Shown piece after piece: positions 42,221 through 55,878 of a stretch of DNA of 64,000 nt. The notes below the pieces were generated by a model. The model was given only the letters and a program-made list of their open reading frames with translations, made no database searches and was not told the origin of the DNA. Position 1 is the first letter of the stretch; every line of letters starts with the position of its first letter. A program made the translations under genes and the position numbers. Source of the stretch: Octopus sinensis (lineage: Eukaryota); the NCBI RefSeq assembly GCF_006345805.1, contig NC_043023.1:13392001-13456000 (forward strand). The letters are read 5' to 3'.

Positions 42221-43225
42221 AGAGAGGACTGTGTGTTGGTGTTAGTGTGTCGATGTTAATGCTTCTATGTGTAGCGTGTATATGTAAGTGTGTGTGTGTT
42301 CTGGTTTATGTGAATGTAAGTATGCGGTAGTGTTAATGTATGTGTATGTGTTTCGGTATTAGTGTGTCTATGTTTATATTTGTATGCGGGGCTTGCGTAC
42401 GTGTAAGTGTATGTTAATGTGTGTGTGTCTGTGTTGGTTTGTGTGAATGTATGTGTACGTGTGTCGGTATTAGTGTGTCTATGTTTACAGTTGTATGTGG
42501 GTTTGTGTACGTGTAAGCGTGTGTGTGTCTGTGTTAATGTTTCTGTGTGCGTGTGTGGGGGAGTTGTCTGAATGTGTGTATAAGTGTGCTGGTCTTAATG
42601 TGTGTGTGTACGTGTATGCATTGGCGTGTCTACGTTTGTGTCTGTGTGTGTGTGTGTGATTGTGTTAATGCGTGTGTTAGCTTTTGGCGTTAATGTGTGT
42701 GCATGTGTGTTAGTGCCAGTATGTCTGTGTTAATATGTGTATACGTGTGTTAGTCTTAGTGTGTTTAAGTGCGTCTACCTTTATTTCCCAGTGTGTGTGT
42801 GTATGTGTTACTATGTCTACGTTTATCATCCTCTGTGTGTGCGTGTGTTTGTGTCAATGTGTATGTACGGGTCCTTGTGAGTGTGTGTGTGTGTGTGTAT
42901 GTGCAGTCTTTGTATGTGTGTGTGTGTGTGCTAATGTCTCTGTTATATTGTCTTTGTGTGTGTGAGTCTGTCTTTATTAGTATATCTGTGAATGTGTGTG
43001 TGTGTGTATGTATGTGTCCCTATATGTGTGTCTGTATCGTGACTTTCTGAGTGTATGAGTATATGTGACTGTGTGCGTATACATACACACACACACATAC
43101 ATACATACATACATACATACATACATACATACACACATACATACATACATACATACATACATACATACATGCATACATACATACACATAGACATACATAC
43201 ATACATACACACATACATACATACA

Positions 43226-43256
<31 letters not shown>

Positions 43257-45194
43257 CTACATACCTACATACATACATACATACATACACATACATACAT
43301 ACATACATACATACACACATACATACATACATACATACATACATACATACATACATACATCATACATACATACCACATACTACATACACACATACATACA
43401 TACATACAACATACATACAACATACATACACAACATACATACATGCATACATACATACATACATATACATACATACATACATACATATACATACATACAT
43501 ATATATATACATACATTCATACATATATATACATACATACATACATACGTACATACATACACACATGCATACATACATACACACATACATACATACATAC
43601 ACACATACATACATACATACATACAAACATACACACATACATACATACATACATACATACATACATACACACATACATACATACAGGTGTGTGTGAGAGA
43701 TCATACCGACACAGTGTCATAGCAGACCCGTGACTGCTCATACACACACATATATACATATATATATATGTGTGTGTGGTGTGTGTATATTATATATATA
43801 GAGAGAGAGAGAGAGAGATACACACACACACATACATACACTGTGGTTGCAGGACCGTGACACTACATGCATAGATACATATATACATATACATACATAC
43901 ACACACACGCGTGTGTGTGCGTGCGTGTATGTGTGTGAATATGTGTGTGTGTGTGTATGTGCGCGCACGCGCAGTCACGAGTCCGCAGTCACACTCGTCC
44001 TTGTTCTCTGACGTTACGGTAGTAGGTGCTGATGACCTGTCATCGTTGCCACGCTCACGACTCTACCTGTCACTCACACTCGCATTCACTCCCCTTCTCG
44101 TATCCCTATCTATCTATCTATCTCACACTTACTATACCTCTGTTCCTCCTTTGTTGTTTTTCCTCCTTCTACTCTACCTCTCACTCTTTCACTCATCTCT
44201 CTCACTCCGCTGTATCTCTCTCTCTATTATTCCTCTCTATCTATCTCTTGCACGTATCTTTCTTCTTCTCCATCTATTTCTCTTAATCCTTCTATTTCCT
44301 ATTCTCTCTTACACTTTTACTCTCTCATCCTCTATCTCATCCCCATTGCAACTCCTCTTATGTTTCTACTAGCTTCTTTCTCTCTCTCTCTCTCTCTGTC
44401 TCTTCTTGTCTTTCTCTCATCCTTCTTCTCTATTCTTCCTCATTTCCATCACTGTTACGCTTACACCTCTTCCTCATCCTCATTTTTCCTCCCCTTCTTT
44501 CTTAAATCTCTCTCTCTGTTCTTCATTATCCCTTCCTCTTTCTCTTACACCCCTAACCTCCTCATTTCCATTCCCTTCTCTCTTCCTCAGTGTCCTTCCC
44601 TCTTTTTCACTCTCTCTTCCTCAATTTTCCCTCCCTCTTTCTTTATTCTTTCACCCTTCATTTCCCATCTCTCTCTGTCTATCTATCTCTTCATCCTTTT
44701 CCTTCCCCTTTTCTCTTACAACTCTCTCTTACTCTTTCTTACATACTTTTTTCCTCTCCTCTATCTCCTCTCTCCTTCCTACACTTTCTTTTTACTCTCT
44801 CTTTTTCTCTCTCTCTCTCTCCATCTAATTCGTTCTTTCACTATTCACATTCTTCTCTCTATCTCTCACGTACAAATACACTTTCTCTCTCTCTGTTTCT
44901 CCCTTAGCCATGGAGTTCCCTTCATTCTCTCTACGTGGTCACACTTTATGCTAGAAATAGCAGCCAAATCTCCCTCAACTCACACCTTATATGCGTAGGT
45001 ATGAGCCAACGAGGGAGACCTCTTACATGGCAGCTTGACCTAACAGAAATAGCAGCCAAATGGCCCTTAAATCACACCCTATTCTTTTTTCTATGTAATA
45101 TATTTATGTATGAACCAAAGAGGGAACCGGGCCAACGAAGGAGACCTCTACATTGTAACTAGACCTGCGAGAAATAGCAACCAAATCTTCCTCA

Positions 45195-47272
45195 AAAGGG
45201 AAATCTGTACGTGGTAGTTAGATCTGCGAGAAATAGCAGTCAAATCTCACCATGCTCTGAGCCAATAAGGGAATACTGTACGTGGTAGTTAGGTCTGCTC
45301 GAAATAGCAGTCAAATCTCACCATGCTCTGAGCCAATAAGGGAAATCTGTACGTGGTAGTTTAGGTCTGCGAGAAATAGCAGTCAAATCTCACTCAAATT
45401 ACACCATGCTCTGAGCCAATAAGGGAAATCTGTACGTGGTAGTTAGGTCTGCGAGAAATAGCAGTCAAATCTCACTCAAATTACACCATGCTCTGAGCCA
45501 ATAAGGGAAATCTGTACGTGGTAGTTAGGTCTGCTCGAAATAGCAGTCAAATCTCACTCAAATTACACCATGCTCTGAGCCAACAAGGGAAATCTGTACG
45601 TGGTAGTTAGGTCTGCTCGAAATAGCAGTCAAATCTCACTCAAATTACACCATGCTCTGAGCCAATAAGGGAAATCTGTACGTGGTAGTTAGGTCTGCTC
45701 GAAATAGCAGTCAAATCTCACTCAAATTACACCATGCTCTGAGCCAACAAGGGAAATCTGTACGTGGTAGTTAGGTCTGCTCGAAATAGCAGTCAAATCT
45801 CACTCAAATCACACCATGCTCTGAGCCAATAAGGGAAATCTGTACGTGGTAGTTAGGTCTGCTCGAAATAGCAGTCAAATCTCACTCAAATTACACCATG
45901 CTCTGAGCCAATAAGGGAAATCTGTACGTGGTAGTTAGGTCTGCGAGAAATAGCAGTCAAATCTCACTCAAATTACACCATGCTCTGAGCCAATAAGGGA
46001 AATCTGTACGTGGTAGTTAGGTCTGCTCGAAATAGCAGTCAAATCTCACTCAAATTACACCATGCTCTGAGCCAATAAGGGAAATCTGTACGTGGTAGTT
46101 AGGTCTGCGAGAAATAGCAGTCAAATCTCACTCAAATCACACCATGCTCTGAGCCATTAAGGGAAATCTGTACGTGGTAGTTAGGTCTGCTCGAAATAGC
46201 AGCCAAATCTCCCCCAAATCACACCATGCTCTGAGCCATTAAGGGAAATCTGTACGTGGTAGTTAGGTCTGCGAGAAATAGCAGTCAAATCTCACTCAAA
46301 TTACACCATGCTCTGAGCCATTAAGGGAAATCTGTACGTGGTAGTTAGATCTGTTCGAAATAGCAGTCAAATCTCACTCAGATCACACCATGCTCTGAGC
46401 CAAGAAGGGAAATCTGTACGTGGTAGTTAGGTCTGCGAGAAATAGCAGTCAAATCTCACTCAAATTACACCATGCTCTGAGCCATTAAGGGAAATCTGTA
46501 CGTGGTAGTTAGGTCTGCTTGAAATAGCAGTCAAATCTCACTCAAATCACACCATGCTCTGAGCCAATAAGGGAAATATGTACGTGGTAGTTAGGTCTGC
46601 TCGAAATAGCAGTCAAATCTCACTCAAATCACACCATGCTCTGAGCCATTAAGGGAAATCTGTTGGTGGTGGTTAGGTCTGCGAGAAATAGCAGTCAAAT
46701 CTCGCTCAGATTACACCATGCTCTGAGCCATTAAGGGAAATCTGTACGTGGTAGTTAGGTCTGCTTGAAATAGCAGTCAAATCTCACTCAAATCACACCA
46801 TGCTCTGAGCCAATAAGGGAAATCTGTTGGTGGTAGTTAGGTCTGCGAGAAATAGCAGTCAAATCTCACCATGCTCTGAGCCAATAAGGGAAATCTGTAC
46901 GTGGTAGTTAGGTCTGCTCGAAATAGCAGCCAAATCTCCCTCAAATTAGACCATGCTCTGAGCCAATAAGGGAAATCTGTACGTGGTAGTTAGGTCTGCG
47001 AGAAATAGCAGTCAAATCTCACTCAAATTACACCATGCTCTGAGCCAATAAGGGAAATCTGTACGTGGTAGTTAGGTTTGCTCGAAATAGCAGTCAAATC
47101 TCACTCAAATCACACCATGCTCTGAGCCAATAAGGGTAATCTGTACGTGGTGGTTAGGTCTGCGAGAAATAGCAGCCAAATCTCACTCTAATCACACCAT
47201 GCTCTGAGCCATTAAGGGAAATATGCACGTGGTAGTTAGATCTGCGAGAAATAGCAGCCAAATCTCATTCAA
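45195..47272. repeat. 82-bp tandem array (~25 copies, a few shorter deletion variants)
   Basis: Unit gagccaataagggaaatctgtacgtggtagttaggtctgctcgaaatagcagtcaaatctcactcaaattacaccatgctct. Confidence 0.96.
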
Positions 47273-47730
47273 ATTATTCATTTCTGTGTGTCTTGTGATT
47301 GTATGAGTCAGTCTTAGATCGTTGTGGGTATTTTAGTTGTAAAGTGTAACCCATTACCATCTGTTACATGGCCAAGCTGTCGATTACTACACAAACACTC
47401 CCCGACAAAGTTAACCTAGTTTGTCAGGCGACCGAGAGCAACATCTGTCAAACGGTAGGGTCAGCGTAGGAGCAGGGCTGGCCAACCTGAGGTCCTCGGG
47501 TCGCATGCTGCCCGCAGACTTTTAATTTGCGGCCCGTTTGATACTTTCTTGAAATGGGTTTATTTAAACAAACAATTTTAAAATTCTATCAAAAATTGAA
47601 GAATATAATGAAAAGTAAGAAAAGAAAGAGGATCTTTTCCTTTTGAAGGCCAGTTTTCAATACAATTTCTAGTTAACTAAACACTTTTAAACTTCGTATA
47701 CTGGTAGAATGTGTCAAAATAAAACATTTT

Positions 47731-48178
47731 TTGGCGATGTTTCGTTTGTCGTAGCACACGTTTCCGTCGATTTCCGTAAAAAATGTAAACACTGAATCGG
47801 CCATACATACATACATACATACATACATACATACATACACACATAAATACACACACACATACATACACACACACACATACATATACACATACACCGAGTA
47901 AAGAATTTCAGTTATCTCTTTCTTTAACACATTACTCTGTCTCTTCGCACACACTAACAGAAGCACTTCACTTACACAACATACTGTCTGTCTCGCACAC
48001 CCCATCAAACACACACACGGGGACTTCAAAAAGAAATCCCCTCGTCATAAAATCGCTTCCTCTTAGTCTCTTTCGCTCTCATTACTTCAAATATTCCCGC
48101 AAAGCCATATGTAAAAAAATAAAAGTTTTTTACGGAAATCGACGGAAACGTGTGCTACGACAAACGAAACTTCGCCCA
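47731..48178. mobile_element. TIR element (~50-bp TIRs) nested in a remnant of the hAT-like MITE
   Basis: ggcgatgtttcgtttgtcgtagcacacgtttccgtcgatttccgtaaaaa and its inverted copy at 48125-48176. Host MITE sequence continues on both sides. Confidence 0.7.
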
Positions 48179-48699
48179 TCATTTTTTTCTCTTGGCTTTA
48201 TTGAAAAAATTGTAATTTGTTTGTTGAACGTAGTTTAATTTTTCGAATTTTAACCAAAGTTAAATTAAGTTAAATTTTGTTACTTAATATATCGACCTCG
48301 GTAGGATGAAAGACAAAGTCGACCTCGGCGGAATTTGAACTCGGAACATAAAGACTAACAAAATACCGCTTAGCATTTCGCCTGGCATACTAATGTTTCT
48401 TATTTCTTTATTGCCCACAAGGGGCTAAACACAGAGGGGACAAACAAGGACAGACAAACGGATTAAGTCGATTATATCGACCCCAGTGCGTAACTGGTAC
48501 TTATTTAATCGACCCCGAAAGGATGAAAGGCAAAGTCGACCTCGGCGGAATTTGAACTCACAACGGAGCGGCAGCCGAAATACCGCTAAGCATTTCGCCC
48601 GGCGTGCTAACGTTTCTTCCAGCTCGCCGCCTTTCTGCAACCAGACGGTGCTTGCTTGTGTACATGCATGCATGTGTGCGTGCGTACATGACAGCAGGA

Positions 48700-48985
48700 T
48701 TCAGCCCTTGGAAAAGTGTCAGAAATGGTGGTTGAGGAATTTCTATGACTTCACCAGTCTCAATTTGTGACTAACTAATTCTTTCGAATGAAATCTATGG
48801 ATCACAGTGTGTACAGCACAATTTAGAAAAACACCAACCACCCTGCCTACAACGTCAAGACTAAGCGAGTGACCAAGATCAATGAGGTGTTTGAAATTCT
48901 TCCCAGGGACACAGCGAGGAACGGATGCAAAAATTCCAGAGTCACCTTGAGGCCATGGCAGAAGCTGAGGATGGCCATAATTTGA
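48700..48985 (+). pseudogene. Degenerate Tc1/mariner transposase C-terminal fragment
   Basis: KCQKW..NFYDFTS.NL*...VYST*KNTNHPAYN...KINEVFEILPRDTARNGC / FQSHLEAMAEAEDGH, with stops and a frameshift. Resembles the post-WPP.SPD region of mariner-group transposases. Confidence 0.6.
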
Positions 48986-49195
48986 GCTTTCCAAATATTT
49001 TCATTTCCTCTCATGCAGACTGTCGATTTTAGCCCAAACAACCTTTGTGCCAAGTTCCAGAGCTGTCCTGAGGCCTTGTTGGAAACTGGGGGCAGCGACT
49101 TTAAACTGTTACCTCCCAGCCATAATCTGGTTGATATTTTAAAATAATACATGGTTGTGATACTTGGGCCCTGAATGAAGAAGGTGGCCAATAGT

Positions 49196-49605
49196 AAAGT
49201 CACAATTTTGGCTAGGAAAAATGTCATAATTTTGGCTAGGAAAAAAAGTCAAATTTGGCTAGGGAAAAAAGTCACAATTTTGGCTAGGAAAAATGCCATA
49301 ATTTTGGCTAGGAAAAGTCACAATTTTGGCTAGGAAAAATGTCATAATTTTGGCTAGGAAAAGTCACAATTTTGGCTAGGAAAAGAAGTCACAATTTTGG
49401 CTAGGAAAAGTCACAATTTTGGCTAGGAAAAAATCACAATTTTGGCTAAGAAAAAAGTCACCATTTTGGCTAAGAAAAAGTCACAATTTTGGCTAGGAAA
49501 AAAGTCAAATTTGGCTAAGAAAAAAGTCACCATTTTGACTAGGAAAAAAGTCACAATTAATTTGTGGTAGCTGGTAATAAAGTGACAGGAAAAAAGTCAC
49601 AATTT
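49196..49605. repeat. ~20-23-bp minisatellite gtcacaattttggctaggaaaa (~17 copies)
   Basis: Seen directly. Confidence 0.92.
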
Positions 49606-49699
49606 ATAGGGTCTGGACAAAACCCCTGTGACTTTTTTTCCATGACATTTTTTCCTGGATTCAGAGAGAAATGGGGCTAGTATGCTTCACTGAATGTGT

Positions 49700-50695
49700 A
49701 ATCTAAGTGTTCATGTTCGACAGAGTGCAAGTGTTTTGAGAAAGAAGTTAGACATAAAAGGAATTAGGGTCTTTAGACAAGAGAGAAGACTGCGCTGGTT
49801 TGGTTATGTGGTGTGAATGGATGAGGACAGTCGCATAAAGAGGGGCCGATTTCTCAAAGTAGATGCAAGACGTGTAGGTGTGGGACCCTCAAAGACATGG
49901 GACAATGTACTGCAGAATGACCTCAGGACACTGAACCTTTCAGGTAAGATGACAAGGGACCAAGATACCTGGCACCTTACTGTGCTCAAGAATACCTGTG
50001 CCCCACAGAAGAAGCATTAAGGTCGGTTCTCCTGGTGGAGAGGAATGGCCTGCAGGAATCCTGTGCCGGTGCCATGTGAAAAAGCTTCAATGTGGCGTCA
50101 CGTAAAAACGTCCGTGCCGTGCCCTGTAAAAGCACCCATGGATCTTTTCGGTTTGAACGGCAGTTTTTTTTAAATAATTTCTGAGTAACTAAACACTTTT
50201 AAACTTCGTATACTGGTAGAATGTGTTTATAAAACATCTTTTTCTCTTGGCTTTATTGAGAAAATTCTATAGTTTGTAAGATATTTGTGGGTTTTTTTCC
50301 TTCAATTTCTGCAATTTCAACCAATCAGTGACGTCTATTGAGGTGAAAACATTCTGTGCCGTATGAAAATGTCCCTCGTTTAAAAAACAGATTGGGTTTA
50401 TTTACATTTCTGAAGAAAAAAAGATACCCTCCCACCCACCCCTAACCCTAAAACAGATTGAAATGCAATAGATCGATACTAGGGTCATAATTATGGGTGA
50501 CAATTTCATATGACGCCGCTAGAAAAAACTGCTGTTCAAACTGAAAAGATCTGCACCCAGCACATTGCAAAGTGGTTGGCGTTAGAGAGGACATCCAGCC
50601 GTAGAAACCATGCCAGATCAGACTGGGGCCTGGTGCAGCTCTCCAGGGGCCAAACCATCCACTTCATGCCAGCATGGATAATAAACGTTAAATGA
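49700..50695 (+). mobile_element. RTE/RTEX LINE 3' end (ORF C-terminus plus 3' UTR), interrupted by a MITE
   Basis: RLRWFG.V..MDEDS.IK...GP.KTW..V..DL..L.L...DQ..W, then a UTR with gtgccggtgcc units, ggttggcgttag..ggacatcc and an ATG-type tail. Confidence 0.75.
50140..50552. mobile_element. hAT-like MITE
   Basis: TIRs ggatcttttcggtttgaacggcag / ctgctgttcaaactgaaaagatct; 8-bp flanks GCACCCAT / GCACCCAG (7/8). Confidence 0.7.
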
Positions 50696-50809
50696 TTATA
50701 CATACATACATACATACATATATATATACTATAATGCCAGTGGCATGTGTAAAAAGATTCGAGCGAGGCCGTTGCCAGTACCACCTGACTGGCCCCGTAC
50801 CGTGGCACG

Positions 50810-52495
50810 TAAAAAGCACCATCTGAGCGTGGCCGTCTGCCAGCCTCGTCTGACACCTGTGTCGGTGGCACATAAAAACACCATCTGAGCGTGGCCGTTT
50901 GTCAGCCTCGTCTGGCACCTGTGTCGGTGGCACATAAAAAACACCATCCGAGCGTGGCCGTTTGTCAGCCTCGTCTGGCACCTGTGTCGGTGGCACATAA
51001 AAAACACCAGCCGAGCGTGGCCGTCTGCCAGCCTCGTCTGGCACCTGTGTCGGTGGCACATAAAAACACCATCTGAGCGTGGCCGTCTGCCAGCCTCGTC
51101 TGGCACCTGTGTCGGTGGCACATAAAAACACCATCTGAGCGTGGCCGTCTGCCAGCCTCGTCTGACACCTGTGTCGGTGGCACATAAAAACACCATCTGA
51201 GCGTGGCCGTTTGTCAGCCTCGTCTGGCACCTGTGTCGGTGGCACATAAAAAACACCATCCGAGCGTGGCCGTTTGTCAGCCTCGTCTGGCACCTGTGTC
51301 GGTGGCACATAAAAAACACCAGCCGAGCGTGGCCGTCTGCCAGCCTCGTCTGGCACCTTGTCGGTGGCACATAAAAACACCATCTGAGCGTGGCCGTCTG
51401 CCAGCCTCGTCTGGCACCTGTGTCGGTGGCACATAAAAACACCATCTGAGCGTGGCCGTCTGCCAGCCTCGTCTGACACCTGTGTCGGTGGCACATAAAA
51501 ACACCATCTGAGCGTGGCCGTCTGCCAGCCTCGTCTGGCACCTGTGTCGGTGGCACATAAAAACACCATCTGAGCGTGGCCGTCTGCCAGCCTCGTCTGG
51601 CACCTGTGTCGGTGGCACATAAAAACACCATCTGAGCGTGGCCGTCTGCCAGCCTCGTCTGGCACCTGTGTCGGTGGCACATAAAAACACCATCTGAGCG
51701 TGGCCGTCTGCCAGCCTCGTCTGGCACCTGTGTCGGTGGCACATAAAAAACCATCTGAGCGTGGCCGTCTGCCAGCTCGTCTGGCACCTGTGTCGGTGGC
51801 ACATAAAAACACCATCTGAGCGTGGCCGTCTGCCAGCCTCGTCTGGCACCTGTGTCGGTGGCACATAAAAAACACCATCTGAGCGTGGCCGTCTGCCAGC
51901 CTCGTCTGGCACCTGTGTCGGTGGCACATAAAAACACCATCTGAGCGTGGCCGTCTGCCAGCCTCGTCTGGCACCTGTGTCGGTGGCACATAAAAACACC
52001 ATCTGAGCGTGGCCGTCTGCCAGCCTCGTCTGGCACCTGTGTCGGTGGCACATAAAAAACACATCTGAGCGTGGCCGTCTGCCAGCCTCGTCTGGCACCT
52101 GTGTCGGTGCACATAAAAAACACCATCTGAGCGTGGCCGTTTGTCAGCCTCGTCTGGCACCTGTGTCGGTGGCACATAAAAAACACCATCCGAGCGTGGC
52201 CGTTTGTCAGCCTCGTCTGGCACCTGTGTCGGTGGCACATAAAAAACACCATCCGAGCGTGGCCGTTTGTCAGCCTCGTCTGGCACCTGTGTCGGTGGCA
52301 CATAAAAAACACCATCCGAGCGTGGCCGTTGTCAGCCTCGTCTGACACCTGTGTCGGTGGCACATAAAAAACACCATCCGAGCGTGGCCGTTGTCAGCCT
52401 CGTCTGGCACCTGTGTCGGTGGCACATAAAAAACACCATCCGAGCGTGGCCGTTTGTCAGCCTCGTCTGGCACCTGTGTCGGTGGCACATAAAAT
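50810..52495. repeat. 62-63-bp minisatellite (~27 copies) inside an RTE-tail element
   Basis: Period measured 51061 to 51123; same monomer lineage as the 20390 array. Confidence 0.95.
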
Positions 52496-54698
52496 CACCC
52501 ACTACACTCTCGGAGTGGTTGGCGTTAGGAAGGGCATCCAGCTGTAGAAACTCTGCCAGATCAGATTGGAGCCTGGTGCAGCCATCTGGTTTGCCAGTCC
52601 TCAGTCAAAATCGTCCAACCCATGTGGAAAGCAGACGATGATGATATGTGGTAATACTTTAACAAATAAAAAAGCACTCGATGAGATTAAAGACTACGCA
52701 TACATATACATGTGGTGATCCAGCATGGCCACAGTCATTAGATATATACTCTTTTACTTGTTTCAGTCATTTGACTGTGGCCATGCTGGAGCACCGCCTT
52801 TAGTCGAGCAAATCGACCCCAGGACTTATTCTTTGTAAGCCCAGTACTTATTCTATCGGTCTCTTTTGCCGAACCGCTAAGTTTACTCTTTTACTTGTTT
52901 CAGTCATTTGGCTGTGGCCATGCTGGAGCACCGCCTTTAGTCGAGCAAATCTACCCCAGGACTTATTCTTTGTAAGCCTAGTACTTATTCTATCGGTCTC
53001 TTTTGCTGAACCGCTAAGTTTACTCTTTTACTTGTTTCAGTCATTTGGCTGCGGCCATGCTGGAGCACCGCCTTTAGTCGAGCAAATCGACCCCAGGACT
53101 TGTTCTTTGTAAGCCTAGTACTTAATTCATCGGTCCCTTTTGCCGAACCGCAAAGTTACGGGGACGTAAACACACCAGCATCGGTTGTCAAGCAATGCTA
53201 TGGGAACAAACACAGACACATAAACACATACACATATATATATACATATATACGACAGGCTTCTTTCAGTTTCCGTCTAACAAATCCACTCACAAGGCAT
53301 TGGTCGGCCCGGGGCTATAATAGAAGACACTTGCCCAATGTGCCACGCAGTGGGACTGAACCCGGAACCATGTAGTTGGTTAGCAAGCTACTTACTAGCT
53401 ACTCCTACGCCTATATATATATATATATATGCATACACACACGTACCAAGTAACTAAGTGAGAGATCTGACAGAAACCGGTGTAAGGGAAGCAAAGGAAC
53501 CGATAAGGAATGACACAGAAGGAAAGAGAGGAGGAGAATGGAACAGAGAGAGAGAGAGAGAGAGGGAGGAAAAGTAAGAAAGAACGAATGAAAGAGTGAA
53601 GGAGAGAAAGAGAGGGAGGGAGACAGAGAGTGTTTAGATAAAGGTTAACAAAGAAAAAGAGAAAACGTAAGATCGATAAATACACACAGAGAGAAAGAGA
53701 GAGAGAGGGGGAGAGAGAGAAAGAGAAAGAGAGAGGGAGAAGGAGAGGGAGGGAGGCAGAGGAGGAGGAGGAATCTTTGTTGTGAAGGAAAGCAGTTATA
53801 GTAGTAACCGGTGCTATGCCAGAATAATACCCATTCGAAAAGCTTGGAAGCCCTGTAGGCCTAGGTAAGACCTTTTATATATTAATTTAATTAATTATTG
53901 TTTTTTCATCGTTCCTACCCCCTTCTGTCTTTATCGATAGTTGATCAATCCATTGAAACGAACTTCCCTCCACATGTACCCACGTTGTAAAATCCATTTA
54001 GGATTATGTCTGGTGAAAACCCCGATCAAAATAGTGTTTCCTTCTGACAAGAAACGAAGAACCTTGTAATATTTATGTATTTATCTTTCTCTGTTGAAGG
54101 GGTTTTGTTCTATCAACGACCCTTTTCTGCCCCTGTTGATATCGTTGTTATGTTTATTGTTTTTTTTCTTTCTTTTAAATCAACCCTTTTTTTCTTTATA
54201 TTCTTCTTTATTTCTTTTTTTATGTTAAGTTTCCCGTTCCACAAAGTCGGACGTTATATTTATGATGACTATATATATATATATAAATAGAGGAAGCGGT
54301 TGTAGTAACCGACTAAGGGATAAAATATCCGTATATGCTATCAGTATCCGTAACCCCGGGCAGTGATGAGCAGGTACACACCATATACGTCGAGCACAGG
54401 TAACAACAGGATAAACAAAAGTTTATCAGGAACCAATGGAATTAATTACAAAATGAAGAAAAACATAGAATAACCACCGCAATGTAGTCTCATCGATGCG
54501 CTGGTTAAGCTATGTTTTTCTTCATTTTCTAATTATCTGTATGTATATATGTATATATATATATAGCGGTACGGCAAAAGTTACCGATAGAATAAGTACC
54601 ACACTTTGAAAAAGAAGTGGTGTGGTCGATTCGTTCGATTAAAATTCTTCAAGGCATTGCTCCAGCATGGGCCGCAATCTAATGCCTGAATCAAATAA

Positions 54699-54729
<31 letters not shown>

Positions 54730-55830
54730 CATACACATACACACACGTACGCACGTACACTTCTTGTTTATCCCTAATTCGCAAACACATACATGTATGT
54801 ATACAAACAAGCACATCTCGTTGCTTAAGTCTCAGATGACATCTATCTCTCTATCTTACCTATCTATTTGTCTTACCTATCTATCTATCTATATACCTAC
54901 CTGTCTGTCTACCTATCAATCTACCTATCTTCTTATCTATCTATCTACCTATCTATCAATCTACCTATCTTCTTATCTATCTATCTACCTCTCTATCTAT
55001 CTACCTACCTATCTATCTATCTGTCTGTCTATCTGTCTATCTATCTATCTAGCTGTCTGTCTATCTATCTGTCTGTCTATCTATCTAGCTGTCTGTCTAT
55101 CTATCTTTCTATATATCTGTCTATCTATCTATCTTTCTATATATCTGTCTATCTATCTGTCTATCTATCTGTCTATCTTTCTATCTATCTGTCTATCTAT
55201 CTATCTATCTATCTATCTGTCTACCTACCTATCTATCTGTCTGTCTATCTATCTGTCTATGTGTCTGTCTGTCTATATATCTACCTATCTGTCTATCTAT
55301 CTACCTATCTGTCTATCTATATGTCTGTCTGTCTGTCCGTATATCTCTCTGTATATCTACCTATCTATCTACCCATCTGTCTGTCTGTCTGTCTATCTAT
55401 CTACCTGTCTGTCTGTCTATCTATCTACCTATCTGTCTTACCTATCTATCTACCTATCTGTCTGTCTATCTATCTACCTATCTGTCTTACCTATCTATAT
55501 ATCTATCTATCTGTCTGTCTCAACACACACACATATATATATGTATGATCTGGAGAGACACTGTCTCTGTATAACGTGCTCTAGCAGGCGTAGTTTACCT
55601 CTGGTCATTCCTGATCCAGGAAGTCTATTGGTTAAAGGTCTGGCAGCGTTGACCATTCACAGTTTTTGCTCAGGCCTAGTTTATCTTGTACCATATTACA
55701 CAAAGTACCTGCTCAATTTTAAGATATTAGGGTCCCATCTGAAAGGTATTATTTTTTCTTTTCTTTTTCTTTTAGCAAGGCAAATAACCAGGAAGAGGTC
55801 TCATCGTTGGGTTATCTATGTGTGTGTGTA

Positions 55831-55878
<48 letters not shown>

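Noticed and set aside
45195-47272. CRISPR array or tRNA cluster
   Set aside because: Units are near-identical over their full length, with no spacers and no cloverleaf or A/B boxes.
54361-54440. C/D box snoRNA (GTGATGA)
   Set aside because: No D box (CTGA) or terminal stem within the expected distance.
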